IMG/VR virus record: IMGVR_UViG_3300037400_003374
Location: 9,664 to 73,663 of that record
DNA: 64,000 nucleotides
Origin: a virus
Taxonomy: Duplodnaviria; Caudoviricetes
Direction: 5' to 3' (one strand)
Position 1 is the stretch's first letter; each line of letters opens with the position of its first letter. Below are positions 14,230 through 25,767 of this stretch, piece by piece. The position numbers and the translations under genes were made by a program. Under the pieces are notes generated by a model. It did no database searches and was not told the DNA's origin. It was given only the letters and a program-made list of their open reading frames with translations.

Positions 14230-15525
14230 TCACCATAATGGAATAATCTTTATTGTCTTAGTATATGTTTTACCATTGTATTCCGCGGTCAGAAGTATTT
14301 CTCCAAGCTTATTGCTATTATTGGCATGAATTGTAGTAGCATAAGTAATCTTATTTGTTTCATTATCATATGCGTCCTTAAGTTCACCAAGAGGTTTATC
14401 CTCTGCCGTAATATTTGTTAAGGTAAATTTAATATCTCCCTTTATAATATCCTTATCAGGAACCTCAACAGTAGGAATAATATCTTCATCCGCCAATTTA
14501 TAAGTTTCATATCTATCCAGCCTAATAGTATCTGCACCTTTAATATATAGTGATGCTTCGTTATCTACAACAGTAATTTCAAATTCTTTTGTTACCGCTG
14601 TACGAGGATCATCAATATTATAATTCTTTAAGCGCATTTTTACCCTTACTTGCCCAGGAGCATTCGCTTTTAAGTGCCCATTGTCTAACAAAGTCACTAC
14701 GTTCTATTCTTCTGGAGGCGGAGGAATTAATACAATTTGCCATTCATTTAAAGTCTATTCGGTAAAATCAGGAATTATTTCTTCATCTACAGTATAAACT
14801 TTTTGTAGTGTAGGAAATAACAGCTTATCTGTATCCGCAATATCCACAACTAAATCATCATACTAAAAATTAACCTTATTTTCAGTAAGAGACATATAAA
14901 TAATACCTTTTACACTAGTAAAGTCTGCTTCAACCATCTTCCAACTTTCATCTTCAATAATAAAGTTGGTACCACGGTCTACGGTATCTTTTACCTATGA
15001 ATTCGCATCAATAGGCCGCGGCATTATAATTTCTGCATATTTATTAGGCTGCGGTGTAATTAAGTTATGCCAAGTTCTAAAATTACCTTTAACTTTTTCA
15101 TCTGTAGAACTTAAAACATAAGCCCAGGATTGCCGCAAGTATCCTTTATCGTTAATCCACTTAATTAAATAATTACATCTTATTATATCAAAAGTACGAT
15201 AAGTACCATTAGTTTTTCTTTCCTCAGATAGCAACAGCCACTTTTCTAAAGTACCATCTTCTACCTGCCAGTTCATAATATCCCCAACTCTTATAGGAAT
15301 ATCATTCGCAACATTTAAATGCATAATCTTCTAATAGGTCTTATCTTTACTTTGTAAAATAATGCCATCAAAATACAATCCACGTTCTACTGAAAGAGAC
15401 AAAACCGTATGTGGTGATTCAGCTTTCCACCGCTGAAAAGTCCGAATGCCGCCATTTGTAATACGTTCTCCAGTTGTTCTTCCAAAATGATTTAGGCGCG
15501 AAAAATAAACTTCAAGATAGTCCAT
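14230..15525 (-). CDS. Head-closure/neck protein with C-terminal Ig-like region (431 aa, TAG read-through)
   Basis: ORF pieces 15331-15525, 14995-15324 and 14230-14697 are in one frame, joined by TAG; ends in TGA. Confidence 0.65.
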
Positions 15526-15845
15526 TAATCAGATTCCAACTAGCCCACTAAATTCATGCATTCAAATATTGTCTTTCTGAAATACTCATAAGACAAATAT
15601 TTCAGCATGGACAGCTTCCCAATCAATGGCCACCAATTAATACCGTTCGCGCCAAGTCCTAATAATTCTATAATAATAGAATCTAGGAATTTTTCCCATT
15701 CTCCACCTTTTTCGCGCTCACAGAGTAATCCATATAAACGGCCCTTTAACTTGCTCTTATAGCTATTAAAGGTTTCAGCCGCGATTTCGTTTTCCTGCTA
15801 ATCGCTTAAAGGTGACCGCAGGACTGTGGTTACGCGATCTATCAT
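15525..15845 (-). CDS. Hypothetical protein (106 aa, TAG read-through)
   Basis: MIDRVTTVLRSPLSD(Q)QENE...FRKTIFECMNLVG(Q)LESD*; fills the gap in the neck module. Confidence 0.55.
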
Positions 15846-16248
15846 AACGTCCCTCCGCTTTATGAATCTCTAGCGCGATAGACGATTCAAGTTTAATTAA
15901 TTTATCAAGGTGGTTTGCTTGGGAATAATCACTGTCTACGTATAACTAACGTATATTTTCCCAACTAGATATACAACGTTTCACCCACTCATGCTTCATA
16001 TATAGCGCCAAAAGCTAAATTTCAGCATTAGTTAAAGTTTCCTTAAACTAAACAACAGTGGTATCATCGGCATTTTTTACCTCTTCCATTTCTAGTCCAA
16101 TGCGTGGATATTTAAACCGTTCAACAGCCATTTTTAACATTTCTTGCCAGTCTCGCTCTACAAGAGCAAGCTCTTCCTCTAACATCCATTCATCGGCTGT
16201 TATTCGCGCCAAAAAGGCGTCATAAACTTTTAAGAAAGGGGTCGCCAT
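15775..16248 (-). CDS. Putative head-tail adaptor (157 aa, TAG read-through)
   Basis: ORF 16048-16248 extends through TAGs to a TGA at 15775; downstream of the capsid gene. Confidence 0.6.
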
Positions 16249-16253
16249 TTAAA

Positions 16254-16697
16254 TCACTTCTCTTCAGCTTGATATTTCATATTAATAGCATTAATAATGT
16301 CAACGTCACAATATTTTTTAATGAGGGTTACAATTGCAGGTGTAGTAATGCCCTTATCTGTTGCCAGCTTGACTGCAGTTTCTTTTTCCGCGCTTGTCGC
16401 ATGTGGAATAAATTTTGCAAAAGCGGTAATATCACGTTGGTCAAGCATTGCATTAATCTTAGCCACGTCAAACACTGGAGAGGTTTCCTCTTCCACGCGT
16501 TCATCATCTTTAATTCCCTCAATTGTAATATAATGTCCACGAATTAAAGCCTGGACACCTGTATCGTTACATAGTTCATCATAAACTTCCTGATTAATTG
16601 TAACACTACGCCCCGGTGTAAAAATACGATTAAAATTAACGCCCGGTAGCCAAATAGATATATCAGATGAACTCACATTTTTAATAGTAATAGCCAT
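16254..16697 (-). CDS. Hypothetical virion/assembly protein
   Basis: 147-aa ORF with a GGAGG RBS directly after the capsid gene. Confidence 0.7.
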   Translation of the reverse strand: MAITIKNVSSSDISIWLPGVNFNRIFTPGRSVTINQEVYDELCNDTGVQALIRGHYITIEGIKDDERVEEETSPVFDVAKINAMLDQRDITAFAKFIPHATSAEKETAVKLATDKGITTPAIVTLIKKYCDVDIINAINMKYQAEEK

Positions 16698-16773
16698 AAT
16701 TTTTCCTCCTTTTAACTCCTTGTATATAAACGAATTACGGGGCGGGCGTGAAGCACCCGCCCCATTATATTAA

Positions 16774-17871
16774 TTAGTGATTAGCAGTACCGTCATCTAG
16801 AGTTGGAATTAGACCCTGGTTGTATGCAGCCCAGCCGCTTCCATCATCTAGAGCACTATTGTAATAAATACCCCAATAGTTAGGAGTAGTGAACATACCA
16901 ATACCAACTTTTACATAGCCCTGAAGAGTGAAAGAATTGTCGCCCTCGTGGTCATCCCATTCACGGAAATATGGAGAACCTTCAAATGCCATCTTAATGA
17001 GCTTTTCTTTACCAGCGGGTAAGACATAAGCAAAGGATGGATTCATAACAGTCTTAGAGTTAGTTTCATCGGTGAAAGACTGAGGCATAACAATAACAGA
17101 TACGCCCTGGAATTTACCAACATAGCCACGTTCACGGACTTCCACCATATCCTGATCGGAAATCTTTGTTGTAGAATTGTACACAATGGCGTTTACCATT
17201 TCAGCGGCAAACTCAGGTGTGCAATAGATAATTGGAGTACCATAAGCAGCAACAGTGTTGCAAAGTTTCTTCATAGCTACTGGATTGAAAGAGTTTGCAG
17301 CAACCTTATTGCGAGCAGGGCGTCCAGCAGCATTCCAAGAAGCAAGTAGTACTTCCTGAACCATCTCAAATAGACGATCAACAATACCTTCCTGGATAAC
17401 TTCATAAATATCAGTCATAGATTCAAGGCCATCAAGATAACGCTCGAAGTCCACATATCCAGCGCCACCAATGGCCTGAATGTAGACGTCAAAACGATCG
17501 CGATCGAGACGGAATGTTTCATAGTTACCAGACTCGGTAGCGCGAGTAACGAACTGCTTACCCCTCTGCTTGCCACGAGTTACGCGGAACTCAGGACGAG
17601 TGCCCTGTGCAAAATGAAGGGTTTCAACGAACATATCAAGAGCAGACTGTACACTCTGTGGTAGTACTTCTTCAAGATTCTGTTCAAGTAATTCAAAAAT
17701 GTCTTCCTTGTTACGATTGAAGACGTGACGGTTGAAATGTTTGCCGTCCTTAGTCATTAATTTAGCAAGCTCATCACGAAGAGCAGCTTCATAATCATAA
17801 TCGGCGGCTGCGAACTCAGCAGGAACTTTACGTCCGAACACGCCATTCATCAAAATCTGTAGATTATTCAT
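16774..17871 (-). CDS. Major capsid protein
   Basis: 365 aa, GGAGG RBS, downstream of protease/scaffold and decoration genes, followed by a GC-rich hairpin (16738-16763). No TAG. Confidence 0.85.
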   Translation of the reverse strand: MNNLQILMNGVFGRKVPAEFAAADYDYEAALRDELAKLMTKDGKHFNRHVFNRNKEDIFELLEQNLEEVLPQSVQSALDMFVETLHFAQGTRPEFRVTRGKQRGKQFVTRATESGNYETFRLDRDRFDVYIQAIGGAGYVDFERYLDGLESMTDIYEVIQEGIVDRLFEMVQEVLLASWNAAGRPARNKVAANSFNPVAMKKLCNTVAAYGTPIIYCTPEFAAEMVNAIVYNSTTKISDQDMVEVRERGYVGKFQGVSVIVMPQSFTDETNSKTVMNPSFAYVLPAGKEKLIKMAFEGSPYFREWDDHEGDNSFTLQGYVKVGIGMFTTPNYWGIYYNSALDDGSGWAAYNQGLIPTLDDGTANH

Positions 17872-17888
17872 AACGTTCGCACCTCCTA

Positions 17889-18539
17889 TTAAATTCTGAT
17901 GATCTGATACTTAACGCCAAGACCACCATTAGGAATGGTATAGAACTTTACGATCTTGCCATAAATACCGGATTGTGGAATATTCTTAACAATTTCTGGA
18001 ATTGCATTAGCCACGGAAACAGTTTTATTCTGTTCAACAGGATGAATAGCAACATATAGAGGAGTAGTATCAATCGCCTTTAGAGCGTCTAATAACACTT
18101 GCTCTGCGGTCTTGCCATTAGCGGCTGGGAAAGTGGTGTCATCATACTGTAAGCAGTTAGTAGTTACAGTGTCGCCAACGCCTAGTAAGCCTACACGGGG
18201 ATAATCCCCAGCAACCTTGCGGCCAAAGCGTTGTAGACCATAATGCATCATATCATATTCTTTTTCTGTGGTATATACAATACCAATAGGGGCAGAAGTC
18301 GCGGCAGTTGGTGGATTAATAGCACCAGCAGCCTTATCACCTACAACCCACATACCATTTTCACAAGGATTAGCCTTGGTGAATACGGAACCTAGTGGTA
18401 CCTGAGATACTACCATACCAGTCTTTGGGAAAGCCACCTGATTTAATTCTAAGCTGGCATATAGTTTTTCATCAGGATCACGATACTTATCGACCATATC
18501 CCCAACGGGATTGGTGATTGGAAATCTTGTTAAAGCCAT
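17889..18539 (-). CDS. Putative capsid decoration/cement protein
   Basis: 216 aa between the scaffold and capsid genes; GGAGG RBS; no TAG. Confidence 0.6.
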   Translation of the reverse strand: MALTRFPITNPVGDMVDKYRDPDEKLYASLELNQVAFPKTGMVVSQVPLGSVFTKANPCENGMWVVGDKAAGAINPPTAATSAPIGIVYTTEKEYDMMHYGLQRFGRKVAGDYPRVGLLGVGDTVTTNCLQYDDTTFPAANGKTAEQVLLDALKAIDTTPLYVAIHPVEQNKTVSVANAIPEIVKNIPQSGIYGKIVKFYTIPNGGLGVKYQIIRI

Positions 18540-18553
18540 AATCGTTTTCCTCC

Positions 18554-19810
18554 TTAATTTTTGCGATACTTCTCAATTAGAAGTGCAAATTGATTAACAG
18601 CAGGGTCTGGTAGTGGAATAGTCTCAATTGGTTCCTCACTGCCAGCAATCTGTTTATTAGCAAAACTAATAGCGAGTTTGCTTTCTAGTTCGCTATAAGA
18701 AAAGTTAGAAACTTCACTACGAATTTGGGTAATTTCTTCTTCGTCAATGAGTTTTTCATATTTTTTAATGAGCTGATTTTTCTTTTCTTCTTCTATTGCG
18801 GCTTTTTCAGCTTCATACTGAGCAATAGAGTTTTCTAATTCAGTAATGCGATTGTTTGCGGTTTCAGTCGCGGCGGTAGCATCGGCTAATGCCTGCTCCA
18901 ACTCAGCGATCCGACTCTGAGCATTCTCGTAATTAGTAGTTAGCTCAGCATTCTGGTTAGTTAATTCCGTAATAGAATTCTGAAGAGCTTCAAAATCAAC
19001 TGGCTCAGCCGCAGGTTCTGCAGCAAGTTCAGCCTCGGGCTCAGCCGCAGGGGCTGGTTCTTCAACTTCTGGTTCTGCTACAGGTTCTATAACTGGTTCA
19101 GTTACAGGCTCTTCCGCGGGAGTGCCTACGCCTTCGTTCAAATCTTCCATAGGTTGTTCTCCTCCCTTTTGTTTATGTTCCGCCTCTTCAACTTGTTCCT
19201 TTAAGCCGGATAAAAGTGAAGAGAACTTTTCATACTGTGAAGCGTAATTATTGTCTTCCTTAGCAAAGAATGTAGATACAGAAAAACAAGGTTCATGTTC
19301 GCCAATGATACAAAGCCCCATAATGGATGCGCTTGTATAAACAAAATATTCTTGATCGTTAATTTCTCCCCAATCCCCTTGGATTGTTTCCCTATCTAGT
19401 TCCATTGATTGATGTTGACCCACAACTAACTTTGCTTCATCAAAATACTTATTAAATAATACAACAGAAAATACAGCATATTCACGTTCAATGCCATCTG
19501 TATCTGTAAAAGGTTGCCATCCCTCAAATGATTCTACATAACCATAAGCGCTAGCCAGCAATGGGCCAGTATGTCCAGCCCAGCTTTTTGATTCCGGGTC
19601 AAAGAATCCAACTACGGGAGTATTCCCGCGTGTAGCGCTAGAAATTAATTGTTCTGCGACTTCATCCGTAATATAGGAACCATTACGATTCCCATATTTA
19701 GTAAAAACTCCAACCTTTAAACGGCCCAATTCTGGATTGTCGCTAGAGATAGGCATCGTAGGAGAAGCAATAACTACGCTATCGAAATAAATAGGTATTT
19801 GCTTATTCAT
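18554..19810 (-). CDS. Prohead protease / scaffold fusion
   Basis: N-terminal globular domain (…GQHQSMEL…GLCIIG…EPCF), acidic Pro/Ala/Glu linker and C-terminal coiled coil; lies between portal and capsid genes. Confidence 0.7.
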   Translation of the reverse strand: MNKQIPIYFDSVVIASPTMPISSDNPELGRLKVGVFTKYGNRNGSYITDEVAEQLISSATRGNTPVVGFFDPESKSWAGHTGPLLASAYGYVESFEGWQPFTDTDGIEREYAVFSVVLFNKYFDEAKLVVGQHQSMELDRETIQGDWGEINDQEYFVYTSASIMGLCIIGEHEPCFSVSTFFAKEDNNYASQYEKFSSLLSGLKEQVEEAEHKQKGGEQPMEDLNEGVGTPAEEPVTEPVIEPVAEPEVEEPAPAAEPEAELAAEPAAEPVDFEALQNSITELTNQNAELTTNYENAQSRIAELEQALADATAATETANNRITELENSIAQYEAEKAAIEEEKKNQLIKKYEKLIDEEEITQIRSEVSNFSYSELESKLAISFANKQIAGSEEPIETIPLPDPAVNQFALLIEKYRKN

Positions 19811-19821
19811 ACTTATTCTCC

Positions 19822-21351
19822 TTAACCCATGGCCGCTATATTGGCCTGAGTTTTCTCAGATTTTTCCTCATCAGGCAATGCTGGGCGGCCACCCTAGTTC
19901 CCCGCACTTGCTGATGCAGTTTTACTTCCTCCACTACTTCCGCTCTTCTGTTCTCCATTAGAAGAAGTTGTGTAAGACGACATCAGAGGAATCATCTTTT
20001 CTGACATCTTGAGGAAATCATTTTCAAAGTTCATTAAGCTTAATTGTGCCAACTATTTAATGCCGCTAGCTACACCAGCACGCATCTTAGAATAACCATA
20101 CTGAGCACCCTAAAAATACATACTCTAATAATCTTTAATATTGAACATAGTAGTGGGTAAAATTTCAAAATCAAATGTTAATCCAGTACGCGAAAATTTT
20201 AAATTAATCTCATACTTTATCCAAGTACTATACATGTTCAAATAGCTTTTCATTAGACTTTCATCTTTCTTAATACTGTAAGCAAGCGTTGAACTATTTT
20301 CTGCATTAAAGAGGATTGAACCTCTACCCAGGGCATTCCAAGCATTCTTTGCATATTTATCGATACGGTCTGCGGATTGCGAAGCCGCAGAGGAATCCTA
20401 GAGATTTTCAAGAGATGTTTCACCAAAAGTGGTTAGAACATCAACCGTATCTAAGTCCTAAAGCATAGTTGCGACGCCTTCATGAAGATCTTCTACTTCT
20501 GGTAATTCAAATACCAGTTCACCCTCATTATCAATAGGCATACGTTGGATTAATAACTTATGTAATTCATTCTCATCACGCTTTTCTTCGCGTCCAACTG
20601 CGTCTTTAAGCTTATGCAACCGTGGAATTGCTGCGATTAATAATGGCGTTTGATCATCCGAAAAACAGAAGTTAATGCCGCCGTCGGCGGATGAAATCAT
20701 AACCCAAGGATCTGCGGTTCTCTTTTCTTTCCAGTACTTCCAATGTTTTTGGACTATCTCTGGATATGATAGCAGAACTTGCGCTCGTTCTGCATCATCA
20801 TGAAAGACCCGCTCAAAATAGGTTACGTTAAATTCAAGAATATTTAAGTTATTAAAATCCTTGAATCTCGTGCGGCAGTACTCCAGTGGAAGGTCCTGAA
20901 TGGAAACTCTGTCGCCGATTTGGCGCAAAATTCCATTATACATACCATTTATTAACCAAGATTTTGTGATACGCGTGAATGTGTTTTTCGGATCAAGCCT
21001 ATCAACAAAATCGCAAGCACTATAGAATGCTTTAGTAATCTAAGCCTTTGAACCTTTTCCTTCTTCAAAAATAGGGGTGACAATTGTATCGTAAAAAGGT
21101 AAGGTGGCTAAGTAGTCAATATTTTCGCGATATTCACTATTAGTACGATAGTAATAGCGAGATAACTATCGTAATAAGTCTAAATCGCCAGCACGAATTA
21201 TATCTTCAATTTCCTCAATCGTAAAATCATGCCAACTAACAGGATTACTCCTTGCAGAAGAGCTGTAGCGACCAACTCGGCTGCCATCAATCGGCACCTT
21301 AAACGCTCGATTGTTTTTGGCAAATTGAACATATGGCTTAAAATTTTTCAT
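19822..21351 (-). CDS. Portal protein (509 aa, TAG read-through)
   Basis: ORF pieces 21166-21360 and 20458-20943 are in one frame, joined by TAGs; size and position between TerL and the protease fit a portal. Confidence 0.75.
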
Positions 21352-21356
21352 AAACC

Positions 21357-23147
21357 TCACCCCCTATTTTTAGGACTGAAGAAAGCATATTGTTTTAACT
21401 TTTTCCTCCGCTTTTTAAAAATTTCTTTATCTTCATAGTATTTAATTCTATATAAAGAATATTCTAATGCACTAAAGCGGTCTTTTTCAATAGAGCGAGA
21501 AATTCGTTCTACTTTATATTTATTTTCTACTCCCGTGGGCTTCAGCCGCAAATTGTTAAGTTCGTCCATAAGGCGAGAAGTCATTTCATATGGGAGTAAG
21601 AAAACACGCCTATCGTAGGCAGACATTTTCTGTCCTTTCTTTGTTTTCATCAATTTATCCTTGACAATGCGCTCATGCGCCAAAAATGACACAGAGCCAG
21701 TGTTTACAGCAGTAAGGAATGCCGCATGGATAGCATCTTCATTTGATGCGCCAGCCTTAATATCATATAATATAGCATTATATGCGGGGTTTGGCTCTTC
21801 CTATTCAACTTTTAATTCTGGCGGCAAATGGTTTTCGTTATTAAAGGTATAATAGGCCGGAAAAGATTCGCCTGTCTTCTAATCATAGGAAGGAACTGCC
21901 ATAGCATCCATTAAACCAATGCCCGGGCCGTTACCGTCAATTACAACCTCACGCGGATTGTATAATTGAATTAGTTTTTTAATGCGCGGAGCCTAGTCTG
22001 TAATATAGTTGGCGCCATTAATAACTTCGGTATAAACTACGCTTTTTCTATAGCGCTAATCATTTGGATAAACTTTAATAACCATGATGGCAGTATTCGC
22101 GCTATAGCGGCCAACGTCAACACCAATCTCATACCAAGCATTCGGACATGTATCACTATAGTAAGCATGGCGTTCGCATTTAAGTAAAGAGCGATGCTTA
22201 TTTAAGCGGCGTGAGTCAAGCCATGCATCGGAGCTATTGCCGCTCCAAATTGATAACGATTCTCGCGCAAATGATTCCTCGCTTACAGTATTGGAATAGC
22301 GCTGGTCCATTAGGGTTGCTTTATCTAGAAGCCCGTAATGTAGGGGGACCTCATAAGACAAGCCCCAAGAAAAGTATTCCTTTGGCCGCAATACTGCGTT
22401 TACTGTTATCTCTATTAATTTCTAATACATGAATACAGTGCGTTCGGCGGCAGTAGTGATGAAAATCTGGGAGGCAGATGGTTCTTCTGGATTGAGAGTA
22501 CCATCAACTTCACGGCGAGCAATGTTCATTTGCGGCCATAGGACTTCGTTAAATGCAACTTCTTCAATAAGCGCAGCTTCTTCCAATATAGCGGAAGTTG
22601 CACGCAAACCACGAGAAGTATCTTTAGAGACTACCGTAATGACGGATTTGTTCTTTAGCCGAATTTCATAGTAATTGCCGCTAGACTTAATGCCGGTTTT
22701 ACCGTCTTCTGTGCGGGTTGCCAACTCCTTTTCTAGGAGAGGCCAATGCCTAAATATTTCCGCAAATTTCGCTTCTGCAATTTTAATAACCGTGCCTTTT
22801 ACGTCAGAAGCAATCATAATCGTGGAGCCGGGCAGCAAAACCGCTTTAACAATTGCGCCGAGATATGCTGTAAAGGACTTGGATGTAGCGCGTGTAGCAG
22901 TCCAAAACGTGTAACGGTATCGCATTGCTGCGCGAAGTTCTATGCGCTAAAAGGGCAGCAAATGAAAGTGTTGTGCATCTGTCCTATCCTATATCATATC
23001 TAGCCAAAGGTCAGGATACAGAATCCATAGGTTAAGATATTTTGTAAACAATTCTTGATTATCGTCTAAAAAATCTTTAGTGAGGATGACGCCTTTTTCA
23101 ATCGGGATGCCGTCGCGCATTAGGGTCTCCTGTTGAAATTCACTCAT
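21357..23147 (-). CDS. terL: Terminase large subunit (596 aa, TAG read-through)
   Basis: Pieces 22422-22925, 22056-22391 and 21357-21692 are in frame. Walker-A-like TATRATSKS, Walker-B ILEEAA, nuclease-domain GVDVGRY and C-terminal KDRFSALEY. Confidence 0.85.
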
Positions 23148-24093
23148 CCTACTCCCCTCCCATTAGCTCTTTCTCTAAACTGTCTTCGCCTTCATACTCG
23201 ATGTCGGCGGTTTCATCAAACTCAACCTTTTCATTTTCAATTTCTTCAAGGCGCTCAGTCATATTGTAGCGTGCCTTGCGGTCTTCTACCTACTCGGCAA
23301 AGTTGCCTTCATTGCGGACTAGCCGCTACAAATAATTTTGAATATTCTCCATCATAAAGTCAATGGAATCTTGCGGCTCAGTATGATAATTTGGGTGCCA
23401 CCCTTTCTTTCCATAGTATACCATGAGTTCACCAACTGACTCAAAGTCTGCTGCGGACTTGGCATTGGAGGCCTCGAAGTGGTAGGTCTTTACGATGTCG
23501 TCGGCCTACTTCATCATCTTAGAAACATCAACGTTTTCGCGCAGCCCCTACTTAATATGCCATTGAAGCTCACAAAAGTCACGGGCCTTTTCCTAAAGAA
23601 TAGGAGTGGAAACGTTTTGCGTTGCCACGATTTTGTTGTAGAAGTCCTCAAGCCAAAGAAGTTCATCGGCCTTATAGGTTGGGCCCCATACCTTCTTGAG
23701 GCGTTTCATTTTGGCCTCTGAGATTGCCTTAATCTCATCATCAATGGTACCCTCTTTTCGCGCCAATTCCCACCGCGCATTCTCATCTTGCCATGTTAAT
23801 GTCGAATAGTGGTCATCATACAGGAGATTGAAGTACGCGGTAAAGGTATGGTCCTTGTATTGCGCATAAAGTTGGGTCCATTTGTTAAGGTCCAGCGGCA
23901 AGTCCAACCAGCGCATTACACGATCAACTTCACCAAGATTGTCTTGTGGAGTAGTTGCCTCAAGGCAAGAGGTACAGAGATAGGACCTATGGCCGGGAAA
24001 GAAGCGCGATGGCGTATATTGAAATTGTTCTATGGGTTTTTCTTGCTTACATCTATAGCATCGTTTCGTCTTTTTTTCTTCCGTCATATTCAT
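23140..24093 (-). CDS. Zn-finger protein, possible terminase small subunit (TAG read-through)
   Basis: N-terminal CxxC...CxxC; immediately upstream of TerL, with its stop overlapping the TerL start; the function is positional inference. Confidence 0.5.
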
Positions 24094-25354
24094 TCTACTC
24101 ACCTCTTCTTATGCGGCGTTCGCGCTCACAATCGCGGCAGCAGGATTGGAAGCCATCCTTGCGCCCGGAGTTCTTGGTATAGAATAAGGGGTGCCGCGGC
24201 AAGGCCCGTTTGCATTGTTTGCATACTTTAAGTTCCGATGGCGGCGTTTCGCAAAGAATGCGATGCTTTTTCGCGCAACGTGCAATTTCTTTTGGGATGT
24301 CGTTGGCAATAAGGGTACTTAAATAGTAGGCATTGTAGGTGAAGCCAAATTCCTCCTGCAGTTCTTGGCATATTTGCTCGCGCGGCATTGCCTCCATTAC
24401 CTTATGGACAATGGCGCGGCGCACGGGCGTTAAAGGTGTCATATCCACATAGCGCTCTAGGTCCCAGAGAAGGGTGCGCCCATACGTATTCAGCTTTTCC
24501 TTTAATTGTTCATAAAGGGCACTATAATTATTCATTAAGGCGTACACATGTTTGTAGTTTTCCCAGTCAAAGTCGTGGCGGCAAACTATCCATTTTACTT
24601 CTAGGTTGGGCGCTTCGCCGCGTGTTTCATAGTCCTCTAGGCGCTAGGAAACAGTATGCGTATAGGAGTGAGAAACGCGGTATTCCCATTCTTCATAGGG
24701 TATCCAGTAGGCGCAGGCGCCGTCCCATTCGTAGAATTGGGGCTTGGGGCGGTCTAGTGCCAAAAAGTGCAACTAGGGCTTGTACACGTCCTTCAAATAG
24801 TATTGGGTCCTCTTCATATCCACGAGGTTATGCTTGAGACGGTATAATCGGTAGTCGTCCTCAAACATAAGAAAGCCCTCTTCTGGAGGGAGCTTGCCCG
24901 ATAGCATATGAACCCACTTGTCTAGGTGGTCAAGGCGTTCCCAAAGTTCTACCATGCCGGGGATGTCGGCATCTCCGATATCAATTAGTTCGCCAGTTTT
25001 TTTGTCGTACTTGGGACGCTAGATAGTGGGGACCGATTTCTTATAAATGTCGCGCTTGTATGCACTGCGGAATTCTTGCTCGTCGGTAGCGGGATTTTCA
25101 AGTATTTCATCCAAAGAGAGAACATAATCGTCGGAGGTTTTGAATGTATTATAGCGTTTTGAATTATTATAAATTTCTCCACGCTTTAGAGAGGATAGGC
25201 CGTTTTCATCCTTGCCGTATAGTATGTAGGTGGCCATTTGTTCTAAATCTTGCGGCGAAGGGTCCTTGTTTAGGGTATCTAGAATACCCTTGACTAATTC
25301 AAGGCGGTCGGTGTCTCTTTCTATAGTGTAATCTAATGAATATGGTTTTTTCAT
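24047..25354 (-). CDS. Putative transcription regulator (HTH-like region plus C-terminal CxxC Zn finger; 435 aa, TAG read-through)
   Basis: Pieces 25019-25354, 24773-24955 and 24095-24547 are in one frame, joined by TAG; first gene of the minus-strand morphogenesis cluster. Confidence 0.55.
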
Positions 25355-25380
25355 TTGATTGCAACACCTCCTTTATTTTA

Positions 25381-25410
25381 ATTGTATCATATTTGGTGAT
25401 GGGCTGTCAA
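25381..25410 (-). promoter_or_regulatory. sigma-A-type promoter at the head of the morphogenesis cluster
   Basis: TTGACA-N18-TACAAT with an extended TG on the minus strand. Confidence 0.6.
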
Positions 25411-25767
25411 GTGTTTGGGTTCAAAAATAAAAAAGTTGGTGGAATTTGGCTTCATTTTTGAAAAAGTTGGTGGAATTTGGGGACGGCCCCTTCGGGTCAA
25501 GCGTGTCAAGCTCAAATTTTCCTGAAAGCTAGGCCCCGGACCGCTGGGAGCGCTGGACGCTGGGGCGCTGGGGCGCTGAGGTCCGTATCCGTAACCCTCC
25601 GCGCAGCTTTGCGCGACCACAATTTGAAAAAGAAAGCAAGTCTAATTTCATTTTGGTAAACCCTCCGACCCCGCTGCCCGCTGTTTTCAAATATGGTAAA
25701 TTTTTTACGTAGGGCGCTGTTTGCGCTTCGCGACATCATTGGTTATTATATTCCAACGGGGCTTACG

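Noticed and set aside
23149-24097. TAGs next to the starts of the following genes (24095, 23149) as proof of early-type stops
   Set aside because: Ambiguous: TAA/TGA follows within 16 and 2 codons and both genes have internal sense TAGs, so they were annotated as read-through.
913-24837. Plus-strand ORFs in the structural region (e.g. 913-1158, 6802-7044, 9721-10023, 12450-12731, 16269-16547, 22429-23003, 23809-24231, 24388-24837)
   Set aside because: They are antisense shadows of real minus-strand genes, with no RBS or motifs.
1-25354. Pseudogenised or degraded prophage structural genes
   Set aside because: The interruptions I checked are all TAG with frames preserved and motifs intact, which indicates recoding rather than decay.
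25387-25739. Short ORFs in the GC-rich boundary region
   Set aside because: Low-complexity translations of CGCTGG repeats with no RBS; treated as non-coding.
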